This document shows positions 50,672-63,972 of a DNA stretch of 64,000 nt, in pieces; within the stretch, counting starts at the first letter, position 1; each line of letters begins with the position of its first letter. Origin of the DNA: Ostrea edulis (lineage: Eukaryota). The DNA is taken from positions 17,298,001 through 17,362,000 of the forward strand of contig NC_079166.1 in NCBI RefSeq assembly GCF_947568905.1, given 5' to 3'. The translations under genes and the position numbers were made by a program. The notes under the pieces were generated by a model. It was not told the DNA's origin. It was given only the letters and a program-made list of their open reading frames with translations, and made no database searches.

Positions 50672-51381
50672 TCTTCTGCAGAACCTGAAAAGATAAATTT
50701 TATAGTAGGTACAGATATGCATGTATATCAAATCTTAGAAACTTTAAATGCGGCCATTGGCACAGGGGCCCAGTTGTCAGACATTGAAATTTTGTATTAT
50801 TTGTTCCTGAATAATATATAAATATAAAATTCATCACCAAAACCTGCTCTTTTCGTCGTTTTAAAAAAGGTATATCATATGTACATAAAAGAAGTACTTT
50901 TTTAAATGTACATATCATATACCATTTTTAAAACGACGAAAGGAGCGGGTTTTGGTGGTGGATTTTATTTATATAGTCTTCAAGAACAAATAATATGAAA
51001 TTTCAATATCTGACAACTGAGACCCTGCCCTGTGGTCATTGGTCATATTGGACAAGAGGAGGTAAGCATTAGAACAGGAACCAAGAATTTCCCCTTTCTC
51101 AATGTAATATTTCATATCCGTCAGAGATGAAACAAATATATAAGATGTAAAATGATCTTTATGCAGGTACTCTTTCTGTGAGAATAATATTACGTACGAA
51201 TTAATGATACAGAAGGCACGAAACCAAAATCTTACTCAACACGGAGACTCAGTGAAATATTCCATCTTCTCAAACTACCTCCTTGAACAATATCTATCAT
51301 CCATTATTTGACTCTGATCCAACTGCATTGTTATGTCTATGACACGGTAGAATATTTACATTTTATGTCAAAATCATAAGA

Positions 51382-51414
51382 CCGGATGTCGGAGTTGCCA
51401 GAGCAAAACTTCCG
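51382..51414. promoter_or_regulatory. Candidate bidirectional promoter core: ETS motifs flanking an RFX X-box-like motif
   Basis: CCGGATGT (51382-51389), GTTGCCAGAGCAAA (51394-51407) and ACTTCCG (51408-51414), between the divergent F-box and IFT88 genes. Confidence 0.5.
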
Positions 51415-51720
51415 TAAATGCGTAGAGAACTTGCGCACTAGAAAAGAAATTCCTTCAGCTGAGAAAAACTGATGGTTTGTACTAAAATGAAATAGTTTTA
51501 TTTTGTTTAAAGAAGTTCATTTAGTTTTTGCCTGCAGGAAATAATTTCTCAATTCTGCATTAATCAATTATCACGAGACCTTACAGATATTGAAACCTTA
51601 CAGATATTGATGATTAAATAAATGTGCAAACGAAATTTGTTTAAAATGAGGGGGGTGTTGTTGTTGTAGATTTCTTAATTGCCTATAATTAATTGCATTT
51701 TAGACGCAGAATATTCTGGT

Positions 51721-54700
51721 ATGAATCGTATGAACATGATGGAGCAAGTCCATTTAGCCGGTGAGGATGAAGAGGACATTTATGGAGGCTTCAATGATTA
51801 CAACGCCACCTTGGACGTTGATGTAAGCTTTAACTAACCACAGGAGTTTGAAATTTTATCAATAAAGTCAATAAAATTCACTTGATTGACCAAGCCATGA
51901 GCTATGCGTTAGCATAGCGAACAGGAATGAAACGCAGTTTTGGAGAAATCTCGAGTTTCGCTTTGAACCGCCGCCCAATGAATATAACTCGTAAGTATTT
52001 ATCACTAACAACATTTGCCTACTTAAATTTGCCTCCTAACCCCTCTCTAATGCTGTCAGTATCCACTTTATTCGGTTCCGTGTAAACATTGACTTTACCG
52101 AGGACCCATTGTAATACGTCACATTCACTCCGGGCCTGACATTTTTGTAATCCAATGATTTCCCGCACATGCAACTTTCTACACAATTATCGCCCTTTGT
52201 TTTTAAACTCTGAACATAGTTTCTGGCCTCAAAATATAATAATTGATATGACTGAGGATTTTATATGTTGTGATTTATTTCATTTGATTAAAAAAATATG
52301 TGGAAGGATTAATAGCATTTTATTTTATTTTTTTTAACTTTAAATTATAAGGAATACTAAAATGTCAGGCCCGGATAAAGTGGATACTGACAGCATTAGA
52401 GAGGGGTTAGGAGGCAAATTTAAGTAGGCAAATGTTGTTAGTGATAAATACTTACGAGTTATATTCATTGCGCAGCGGTTCAAAGCGAAACTCGAGATTT
52501 CTCCAAAACAGCGTTTCATTCCTGTTCACTATGCTAACGCATAGCTCATGGCTTGGTCAATCAAGTGAATTTTATTGACTTTATTGATAAAATTTCAAAC
52601 TCCTGTGAACTAACAGAGATAATGATATCCTCACATGTGGCTGTGATAACAGATAATGATGGACTGATCGGAAAGTTTGATTGCATCGATCTGTAAAAAC
52701 GTCTTCATTATTGTTACTGTACTAATAACGTGTGTACCATATTTCTTAGTTAGAATAATCTGTGTCTCGGGACAGGCCCTCACCACAATCATTAAATTGG
52801 GTCTGTAGGACATTATCACTTTTACGATGAAATGTTCTATCTCAGTATTTCTATGCATCTAATTCTATGTATCACATCAAGTCAGCTCGATATAAGTCAG
52901 GCTGATTAGAAAAGAAGCAAGAAAATGGTGTGTTCCTTTTAGTGAATCTCACAAATTCATCATAAGAAAATCCATCTGTATTAAAAATGGTGTCAGCATG
53001 AAGTGTTTCATAAGATTGTTATTGGCTTTATTATGTGTAAACTCAAAAACGTCATATGTATTGATATTAGTATTACAGCTGGTATTGATGATGTCCTAAA
53101 TAGGTTGTTGTTCATGTTTGAATAGAATGGTAGTTTTGATTAGTAACAAGGATGAACAAAGATCACAGATTGGTTAATTTTATCAAGTGATTTTCTTCGC
53201 CTGAAAATTAATAGAGTTGATCTTAATGGTCAATCTAAGGTAAAAGTTGACTGAGACTTTTTTGTGCATGTGAGAAGACATTAATTAGCATTTTTTCCTG
53301 TTTAAAACTAAATTCTAAAATCTTTTATTTGTTATTGAAAACCAGGATTTACAACATGACTCATCCTTTCAAAAAGCAGTGATGAGAACCAGCCATGGCA
53401 GAAGACCTCCCCCTGTAAGTCAAGTGAATAGACTAATTATTTCTAGAAATTTTCAGTAGAGGAAATAATCAAAATTCTCTTACAACACAAATGCAAAAAT
53501 GAGAAACATGTTTATTTGTAGTACTCTTGAAAGAATTTACGTGGTGGATTTAATTGTTGTAAAGTTTGTCTGTTTTGATTTGATGGGGAAAAAAAGTTAG
53601 ATGGTGAGCATAGTTTTATATACATTCACTGAAAAATATTGTAGACTGCAGCTAGAGGACTAGGGGGTATTCCAGGAACAGCAGCTAGAGGGGGCAGAAT
53701 GGGCATGCCCTCATCCATGGGTCGCTTAGGAACTGGGGCAGTAGGAGGCGGTCAAGATATGGCAAGGCCAATGACAGCCGTCAGAGGGGCAGGTTACACG
53801 TCAGCCGGCAACAGAGGTGAGAGAACAGTGATACTTGTGTGTTGTGTGCTTGTAACACTGAAATACATGTAATGTCCACTGAGTCTGAAGCAAGAAAATG
53901 TACCCACCATTTATTTCTCCCTGTCCCTCCTCTTTCTCTTGCTTGCTGTCTTCCTCTCTTTTCTCTCTTTCTCTTGCTCTGTATCTCTCTCTCTTCTCTC
54001 TCTGTCTCAATCTCTCTCTAATAGAGTGTACTACAAATGTTTTCGTACTGTTTTGTTATTCTTTGTAAAAACAAATTCAACCCAGCAATCATTGCTGAAA
54101 TATTTATACAATATGTTTCTCTTATGTCTTCCAGCACTTGATTCCGTTAATCTTATCAGGAATTAGGTGACATCAGAATGTCATTTTCTTAATTTAATAA
54201 TCAGAATTGTTATTCATCTGCTGGTTTTCTTAATGTAATAATTAGGACCGTTATTTACCTGCAAATTTTACTAATTTGATTTTAGGATTATTGTTAAATT
54301 GCAAGTTTTCTGAATTTTATAATGAGGATTGTTATTTGATTTAGCTGCAGGTTTTGATCCCATGAACCAGGCTGGACCAGCTCCCCCTCTGGAGCCGAAA
54401 CCAGAGGAAAGGTATGCCACATACGAATGAATCAAATTACTGAATACATCTAGTAGTATGTAGAACATTGTTGTTGGTTAAATTTGCATCTGAAAGATTT
54501 AGGGAAAACTGGCTTTAGTGTTAAAACTTAATTATAAGCATTCTTAGCATTGGGGGAAAAGTAGCATTAGCAAAAGTATTTGAATAGCGAGGAATGTCAG
54601 CATTACTGACATTTAGATCAGTATTAACTAGCATTCAGATCAGCATTACAAGCATTCAGATCAGCATTACAAGCATTCAGATCAGCATTAACTAGCATTC

Positions 54701-57700
54701 AGATCAGTATTACAAGCATTCAGATCAGCATTACAAGCATTCAGATCAGTATTACAAGCATTCAGATCAGCATTACAAGCATTCAGATCAGCATTACAAG
54801 CATTCAGATCAGCATTCAGATCAGCATTCAGATCAGCATTACAAGCATTCAGATCAGTATTACAAGCATTCAGATCAGCATTACAAGCATTCAGACAATG
54901 CTAACTTTGTAATATTTAGTGTGCAAAATAAAACAAATTAATTTTTGGTCAAAACCTTGTTTTCAGAGTATTAAGATTTGATTTTATATTTAATAGTTCT
55001 GGTAATATCCACTCACATTGATCAAGATTCGAGACAGCAAAATGTAATTGAAAGAGATAGGAAAAGGTTTTCTAGCATTCAAAATCAGCAAGCATTGCTA
55101 GCATTCAAATGAGCATAGAAAAAATAATTTAGGAAAGTCAATATTAACACTGTGACAGAATCAGGTCAATATTAGCACCGTGATAGAATCAGGTCAATAT
55201 TAACACTGTGATAGAATCAGGTCAATATTAACACTGTGATAGAATCAGGTCAATATTAACACTGTGATAGAATCAGGTCAATATTAGCACTGTGATAGAA
55301 TCAGGTCAATATTAGCACTGTGATAGAATCAGGTCAATATTAGCACTGTGATAGAATCAGGTCAATATTAACACTGTGATAGAATCAGGTCAATATTACC
55401 ACTGTGATAGAATCAGGTCAGTATTAGCACTGTGACAGGTCTCTGCATCAAACATGTTTTTAGATTGAGTGTCTAACTGTATATTCTGCATATGAATGTT
55501 TTAATACCTCCATCCACGTATTTATTACAGCCCAGAAGAAAAGATTCGACAGTTGGAGAAAAAAGTGAACGAACTAATTGAGGAGAGTTGTTTTGCCAAC
55601 AGTACAGGGGATCTTAGTCTGGTAAAGTGCTGTAGTAAATCATCGATTTAACGTGTCAAATTATTTTTAAGGGGGGGGGGGGCATATTTGATAGCATTTT
55701 CAATCAGATATATACACAAAAATTTCTTTAAAAAGTAATGGCATTTCTCAGATTAGAACTACATGTATATACAGACATATAAGTCTCTCACATCCCAATA
55801 ATTTACTACAATACATAAAAATGAAATTTTTGAAAAGGTGAAAGAAATTCTATTCGTATATATGAATTAGGGGGAAAAAATTAGATTATATTGAAAATCT
55901 TGACAGCAATGTTCAGTATATAATCAGATTTAACATCCATTAAAATTGCCGACTTTGATTTTAGGCTCTTGAAAAGGCTAAAGAGGCTGGAAGGAAGGAG
56001 AGGGTGTTAGTCCGACAACGGGAACAGCAGTCTATGGGGGACCAGATTAACCTGGACCTCACCTACTCTGTGAGTTCACCGTGACCTCATTTCTTGTTGA
56101 ATCTTATTTTGAAATAGTACTTTGATTTCTACGTTAGTTATACTGTATGATATCGAAAACTAATCCCCATGCCAATTTTGATAACTGTACTTTTCATAAT
56201 GCACTGTATGAAAAAATAAAAAACAATATGTGTGGTTGGTTAATAATGACTTCAAAATCAATGTTGTAGGTGTTGTTTAATCTGGCCAATCAATATGCTG
56301 CTAATGAGATGTTTAATGAGGCCTTGAACACGTACCAAGTGATTGTCAAAAACAAAATGTTCACAAATGCAGGTAGGACTTTATCCTTCATTGATTGTGT
56401 ATTTACTGATTTAATGAAAGTAGCGCATGGCTCAGAGGTGACCTGGTTTTGACCTGTGACCGAGATGTTACTAGTTCAAATGTCAATGTGGTCATTCAAT
56501 GTGTGGTCACTTTGTCTTGATGGTTTAATAAACCGATGTAGTCAACGTATTAATAAACCGATGTAGTCAACGTATTAATAAACCCATGTAGTCAACATAT
56601 TAATAAACCCATGTAGTCAACATATTGATTAAATGATGTAGTCAACATATTATTTTATTGCACTTTGTCATAAATGTTTAGGTAGTTGGAAAAAGTTTTT
56701 GAAAAAGTAGACAGAAGGTCCTATGACAATTTACGCATTCAGTAGTAGGTGTTGTGTATAAATATATATATATGCATTAAGTTGTACCGTGTTGTGTATT
56801 TATATATGCATTAACTTGTACGTGTTATGTATTTACACATTAAGTTGTAGGTGTTGTGTATTTATACATTAAATTGTAGATGTGTATTTATATATGCATC
56901 AAGGTGTATGTGTAGTGTATTTATATATGTATTAAGTTGTCCGTGTTATGTATTTATGCATCAAGTTAAGTACGTGTTGTGTCTATACACACAGTTCAGG
57001 GCCCCAGGAAGATGAGTGATATGAATTATGGTATATCAGGTGACTTGTTCCTGTTCGTTTGTCTTCTTTTATTTTTGTTGTTGACCAGTTCTGGATGTGC
57101 ATGCTTTATAAGTTAAAGAATTTGGATAATTATTGTGTCATTTTATTACAATCTGAGTTTGATATCTGTAAAATATTGTTAGATTCATAATATTTCTTTT
57201 TTCTCTGGTGTAAAGAAAAAAGGATGGAAATAAAATGGATGACTATGTAAATTATGTTTATAAACATTATTTGTGTTTACCTTATAAACAGTATTTGTAC
57301 TGTGTGTTTGATTTATTTAGTACAGTGTATTTAACTTCCTTTTCGATGAACATTGCAGGTCGATTGAAGGTGAATATGGGCAACATCTATTTCAGACAAA
57401 GGAACTACCCTAAAGCCATCAAATTCTACAGAATGGCTCTTGATCAGGTCCCCAACTCCCACAAAGAAATGAGGCAAGAATAAAACTCATCTAGATTGTA
57501 AAATAATATAGGGCAGAGTTTGCAATTTTGATATTTGTAAATTAGCGTTGAATATAAAAACCATAACAAATTTTAAACAACAGCAGCCATTGTCTTTCTG
57601 AAGAGCATTTTCTGGATGATAGAGTATCAGTAGTTTATTTCTCAACATTGTAAACATTTCATGAGCTATGGACATCCTTTTGTCGTCATAATTTCATTGT

Positions 57701-59123
57701 TTTTTTTTTTTACAGAACGAAGATTATGCAGAACATTGGGATCGTGTTCGTAAAGATGGGGCAGTACAATGACGCTATCACGTCATTCGAACACATCATG
57801 CAGGAAGCACCGACCTTTAAAACGGGCTTTAATCTCATGCTCTGTTACTTTGCCCTCGGAGACCGAGAAAAAATGAAGCGGGGTTTTCAGAAACTGCTGA
57901 CTGTTGACCTAAAAATCGACGATGAGGACAAGTATCTCCCACATGGGGTATGATATCATGTTTGTCATTTTAAGAATTGTAAATCAAAATTTCTTGTCAT
58001 ATAGTCATGTTAAAAGAAGTTAATTTGTAATATTGCCTAGACAGATGTCAATTTTTAGAGTTTAAAGTTCAAACAAAATTATGGTGCATAAATGCATGTA
58101 CCGGTATGTGTAAAGCATGGAGGGGAAGTAAGTTTGAAGACCATGATGATATTTGCAGGAGGATAAAAATTACAACTTGATTCTAGAGGTGATTAAGAAT
58201 GATTCCCTGCGGCAGATAGAGAGAAAAAGGTTTGCCATTTATTTAAGAAAAAAATATTTTGAGTTGTGTCTTGACCATGTTGTGTGTGCTCTAGAATTTT
58301 ATGCGAACCTGATTTACTTTGGACAGGAAATATGATGCGGAGAATTGTATAAAGACAGCAGCCAAGATTATCTCGCCTGCCATTGAGGCCCAGTTCTCTG
58401 TAGGATATGACTGGTTAGTAAATAATTCATGTTTTCAGGACTCAGAATAAGACAGCTGGATATGTATTACAGATCTTCACAAAATAGTAAATGATGTTGA
58501 ACTGCCTCACTGACTGAAATTTTAAGTGGCACATGTATACATGAACTAGACATTTAATGATGTACTTATACAGGAAACGAGAAGGAGAATTACTCTGAAA
58601 TTACGTAGTATAAATTTTGAATTACGTAGTGTAAGTTTTGAATGATGTAGTATAACTTTTGAATTACGTAGTATAACTTTTGAATGATGTAGTATAAGAA
58701 ATAAGTCTGCAATTAGAATGAGCAGTGCTCTTGATATGTTAATTCCTTTTGGATTTTCAGGTGTACAGAACAGGTGAAGTCCTCACAATACCTCGACCTT
58801 GCACATGACCTTGAAATCGACAAGGCCATCATGTTCCTGAAACAGAAAGATTTCAATCAAGTAAGGCTTTCTTTTGGAAGGATGTATCGACACCATTGTT
58901 TACCAAAAATAATTATTGTTTTACAATTTTATAATTAAAATTGACTGTAATTGAAGTAAGTATTTGTTGTTTTAAAAATGTCTGAATTTTAGAAGAAGAA
59001 AAAAACAGCCATTATACGGTATGTGTATTATTTTAGGCCATTGAAACTCTGAAGTCTTTTGAGAAGAAGGACACAAAAGTAGCTAGCACGGCTGCCACCA
59101 ATCTCTCCTTCTTATACTTCCTG
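51721..59123 (+). CDS. IFT88: Intraflagellar transport protein 88 (Polaris), first 13 coding exons; gene continues beyond the window
   Basis: Exons 51721-51822, 53346-53414, 53645-53816, 54345-54411, 55531-55621, 55965-56069, 56270-56372, 57359-57473, 57716-57947, 58159-58229, 58327-58413, 58761-58860, 59037-59123, all in frame. Recognised IFT88 peptides: MMEQVHLAG, RTSHGRRPP, RPMTAVRGAGY, PEEKIRQLEKKV, INLDLTYSVLFNLA, GRLKVNMGNIY, KIMQNIG, AATNLSFLYFL. Start may be the MM at 51736. Confidence 0.96.
51839..52607. mobile_element. 769-bp foldback element with ~230-bp near-perfect TIRs, CAC...GTG ends and a 7-bp TSD
   Basis: Arms 51839-~52070 and ~52375-52607 are reverse complements. AACTAAC occurs at 51832-51838 and 52608-52614. 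Confidence 0.9.
54605..54896. repeat. 21-bp minisatellite in IFT88 intron 4
   Basis: Unit CATTCAGATCAGCATTACAAG. Confidence 0.93.
55138..55438. repeat. 28-bp minisatellite in IFT88 intron 4
   Basis: Unit GTCAATATTAACACTGTGATAGAATCAG. Smaller arrays also lie at ~56525-56650 (25 bp) and ~58600-58700 (21 bp). Confidence 0.93.
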
Positions 59124-59591
59124 GTAAGTGACAACTTCCTTGTCCAGTTTATAAAGGCTTTCGCTGAAAACAGAGAGAGGTGTGCCTTATTGATGAAAAT
59201 AACAGTCTGTCCCACTGGTTACTGGGTTCTGGTTGCATTTTATTCTAGAAAATGAATTCTGTCTCAGCCGGAAAACCAGATAATTAGTTTCTTATGTCCT
59301 TACTGCTGTACAATAACACTTCAGATTTGAAAGGTGTGACTCATGTATATGCTTTGAAATTAACAATACATGTATTACTCCAAGAATAATTTTTTTCCCT
59401 TTTGAATTCTAACCCATTTTTATTTGACCTATTTTTCTTGAAAAAAAGTCATGCTGTTAAGTTATGTATTGAACTAATGAATAATATGAGTGAAGGCAAG
59501 TGGGCATGTCACTTTAAAACTGGACAGAATAAAATATAACAAAACAGTTATAATTACATATGTTGAGTCTAATGCTATTTACTGACATAGT

Positions 59592-59815
59592 GAGTGCGTT
59601 CGAGATCGCCATTCTTCGTACGAGTACAAATTCCTGTCGATCCTGAACGCAGAGTACACAACCCGAGAACGGGTTCGAGGTGCAAGAACTCGCATGACCT
59701 CTGTAGATGGAGTGATCAAAGAACAAAGGACACGTTCATACGCACATGTTCTCGCCGTTCACGACTCTAAGAACTGAGCACGAGAACAACGGGAACGGCG
59801 ATTTTGAACGCACTC
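59592..59815. mobile_element. CpG-rich ~224-bp MITE
   Basis: GAGTGCGTTCGAGATCGCC versus right end reverse complement GAGTGCGTTCAAAATCGCC. No clean TSD. Confidence 0.65.
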
Positions 59816-61744
59816 CGAGTGTTTGAAGGCTGGATGTTTTACCCAGTACTGTATATCTTTTTCACATTTACGTACGTATATCGCATATTTCATTGGATGC
59901 ATATATATATCACTTGTGTTGCAGTGGATGCGTATATTTCACACATTTTCGTGGATGTATATTCCATTACTAGCTATTGTATGTTTTGTGTTTACACTTC
60001 AGCATGGAGAGGTATTTACAGCATAATTAGCTTAATTACCATTGCATATTGTCTACTATTTTCTCATTTGTTTATCTCCCCTTCTATGAAGTCATTCTAG
60101 ATCTGTTGACAGATAATTCTCAAATGATCACTACTTTATTCCTAGTCAAACTGCCCCGTTTTGTTGTAAGTTTTTTCGCACTATTGTAAAACTCCCATCA
60201 TAACACCAAATTCATGTATCCCCATCTACCATATTGTTTCAAAAGAAAGCTCATATTGGGCTGTCATATTAATGTCTCAGTATACTGCTAAAAGCTTGTG
60301 AATACTGATTCTGTTAATTGAACTTTGCTTTTAATCACTTTTAATCAGCGGTAGGCCTGGTAAAATTAAAGACTTAAGAAGATGATTGTCTGATAGGGAA
60401 TTAGTGTTGTTAAGTTTGGAAGAGATTTTAAATCTCAGTTATGGTTCATCCTTAAGGCAGCTGCTCTCAATTTCAGACGAAATGAATGTGTTCGTATCTG
60501 TTTGATCATGTAAAGTATGCATGGAAACTGTTTTGACTTCTGTGAGAGTCAGAATGATGAAGGACTCAAAGAAATATCTATGCTTTCGTTTACAAAACAT
60601 GATTAATCTAATCACCACTGTCACAGTGAGCAAAAACAAAATAGTCAAAAGTATGTTTTGTATAAATCATAAGGGTGATATTTTTTATTGAATTGAATAT
60701 GTATATACATGTATCATAAGTGTATTTTAAGGTATTCATATCCAAAAGTCAGATAATTTAGAAAAATTAGTAATCATGCATTTTGTTTCTGATAAGGAAT
60801 AACTGTCTTGTTTGTTGGGTATATGTATGTGAGGGGATGAACAGCAATGGTAAACATGATTCGCTGTTATGCGTAAATAACCACGTTTTCGATTGTAGTT
60901 AATCAGCTCACATACCCAAAAACCGAGATAGTGTTTCCTTATGCAGTGTTCCTTCAGTGTATTGCAAACTTTTGTTCAAGATCAATTTGGGCAATAAAGT
61001 GGGGATGGCAATATAACGAATTCACTTGTACATGTACCAACAATTCACTGAGAAGTCAAAAGAAGCTCAGTTATGTAATTTATTTGGCTTCATTCTGTAT
61101 AAACATTAAGATAATCTTGAGTTTTATTCAGCAATTATTCGTAATTAACCTGACCACCTGAATACATTCTCCAGTCTGTCACACTTCACTGCAGTGCTTA
61201 CTCTCATAGTACAGGGGTGGTTAACTATGGGTGTTAGGTAATTGGCATTATTATCTAAGGTAAACCCTATAAAATTTGACCATTTGTTTGTGAAAAGCAG
61301 TGGCATATGGCATTATGCAGGGTTGGCATTATAATGGAATGTCACCACATTTTTCTAATCACAAAAGGCGGCAGTTTAACGAGAATTGATTACATTTGGA
61401 AAAATTCATAATCCTGTTTTGACAGTTTCTCATGATAGAAAAATGATCTGATATCATGAAAAAATATAAAAAGAGCTGGAAATGTCAGATTCTGAATGAC
61501 TTTAGTGCTATATTTCAACCAGAAAACATTTCCTTTTTTTATATCAGTTCTTCAAGACTTTGTATAAAATGATTATGCTTATAATTTTCTTTTTTATTCA
61601 CAAGCATGCCTTTATTTCTGTGTCCTCTAATCCTTTTCTTCATGTTGTTTGTGTATAAAATGTTTTCTGTTCTCTTTGTGGCAGGAAGAAAATAGTTGTT
61701 ACTACTATAGCATTTAGAAAGTTAAAATGGACTGTCACAGTTAC

Positions 61745-63972
61745 ATACTACACCCACTAAGTAACAGATTACACCCACTAAGTGATAGATTACACCCACT
61801 AAGTGATAGATTACACCCACTAAGTAACAGATTACACCCACTAAGTGACAGATTACACCCACTAAGTAACAGATTACACCCACTAAGTAACAGATTACAC
61901 CCACTAAGTGACAGATTACACCCAAAAAGTGATAGATTACACCCACTAAGTAACAGATTACACCCACTAAGTAACAGATTACACCCACCATGTGACAGAT
62001 TACACCCACTAAGTGACAGATTACACCCACTAAGTGACAGATTACACCCACTAAGTGACAGATTACACCCACTAAGTGACAGATTACACCCACTAAGTAA
62101 CAGATTACACCCACCATGTGACAGATTACACCCAAAAAGTGATAGATTACACCCACTAAGTAACAGATTACACCCACTAAGTAACAGATTACACCCACTA
62201 AGTAACAGATTACACCCAAAAAGTGATAGATTACACCCACTAAGTGACAGATTACACCCAAAAAGTGATAGATTACACCCACTAAGTAACAGATTACACC
62301 CACTAAGTGACAGATTACACCCACTAAGTGACAGATTACACCCACCATGTGACAGATTACACCCAAAAAGTGATAGATTACACCCACTAAGTAACAGATT
62401 ACACCCACTAAGTAACAGATTACACCCACTAAGTGACAGATTACACCCACTAAGTAACAGATTACACCCACTAAGTGACAGATTACACCCACCATGTGAC
62501 AGATTACACCCACTAAGTAACAGATTACACCCACTAAGTAACAGATTACACCCACTAAGTGACAGATTACACCCACTAAGTGACAGATTACACCCACCAT
62601 GTGACAGATTACACCCACTAAGTAACAGATTACACCCACTAAGTGACAGATTACACCCACTAAGTAACAGATTACACTCACTAAGTGACAGATTACACCC
62701 ACTAAGTAACAGATTACACCCACTAAGTAACAGATTACACCCACTAAGTGACAGATTACATCCACTAAGTGACAGATTACACCCACTAAGTAAAAGGAAT
62801 GTCGGTCAATCCGGCCCCTGTCGATCCGGCCGCCAAGTCATTCCGGCCACAATTACCATAGTCAGTCAGTCCGTCCCCATATACTTTTTATAGATAATTT
62901 CTATTTATGATTTATGTAATGGGGTGGGAAGTACATTTATGTTTTATAAATGATGAAACATTGTTTAATATGATAAATAAAAAATGTATTAATTCATCAA
63001 ATTTCAATTAAAGCAATACAAGTTACATGTAAATTAATTCAAAATAAAAGATCAAATAGAATAACATAGACAATTTTATAGACAATTAATTCATTATCAA
63101 AATTTCATTTGAGTGACACGTTTGCTATTTATTATTTTCTCATACTTTTAATACTCAAAATTTACATGATATAATATTTTAAAACAAATGAAATGTGTAG
63201 GTATCTAAATCTAAATCATGGTTATAATCACTACAAACAATATAATTATATTGATGTTTGGATGAAAATTATAGCATTAACTGTAAATAAGAAGACAGTA
63301 ATAGCTTTATAAACCTAGGGGCCGGATCAACTGGGGACGGAACGACTTGAGGACGGAACAACTAGGGAACGGATTAGTTTGGGGGCCGGAACAACCTGTT
63401 ATCAAGTAACAGATTACACCCACTAAGTAACAGATTACACCCACTAAGTGACAGATTACACCCACCATGTGACAGATTACACCCACCATGTGACAGATTA
63501 CACCCACTAAGTGATAAATTACACCCACTAAGTGACAGATTACACCCACTAAGTGACAGATTACACCCACCAAGTGACAGATTACACCCACTAAGTAACA
63601 GATTACACCCACTAAGTAATAAATTACACCCACTAAGTGAAAGTGACAGATTACACCCACTTACTGACAGATTACACCCACTAAGTAACAGATTACACCC
63701 ACTAAGTGACAGATTACACCCACCATGTGACAGATTACACCCACCATGTGACAGATTACACCCACTAAGTGATAAATTACACCCACTAAGTGACAGATTA
63801 CACCCACTAAGTGACAGATTACACCCACCAAGTGACAGATTACACCCACTAAGTAACAGATTACACCCACTAAGTAATAAATTACACCCACTAAGTGAAA
63901 GTGACAGATTACACCCACTTACTGACAGATTACACCCACTAAGTAACAGATTACACCCACTAAGTAATAAAT
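61745..63972. repeat. 21-bp minisatellite split by an inserted element, with a 258-bp higher-order repeat
   Basis: Unit ACAGATTACACCCACTAAGTG/TA at ~61745-62793 and 63404-63972. Confidence 0.96.
62794..63403. mobile_element. ~610-bp MITE inserted in the minisatellite
   Basis: Subterminal TCCGGCC repeats on the left and GGCCGGA/GGACGGA repeats on the right, with an AT-rich core. AAGTAA occurs on both flanks (62788-62793, 63404-63409). The left terminus is diverged. Confidence 0.65.

Noticed and set aside
44653-51236. F-box gene nested in the sulfotransferase 5' intron with a shared first exon
   Set aside because: The sulfotransferase has its own adjacent upstream exon ending at 44653 and the F-box has its own AATAAA; nothing in the sequence supports sharing.
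44703-52607. Composite transposon formed by the two CACAGG elements capturing the F-box gene
   Set aside because: Outer flanks do not share a TSD, the right element has its own TSD, and the interval would include IFT88 coding exon 1.
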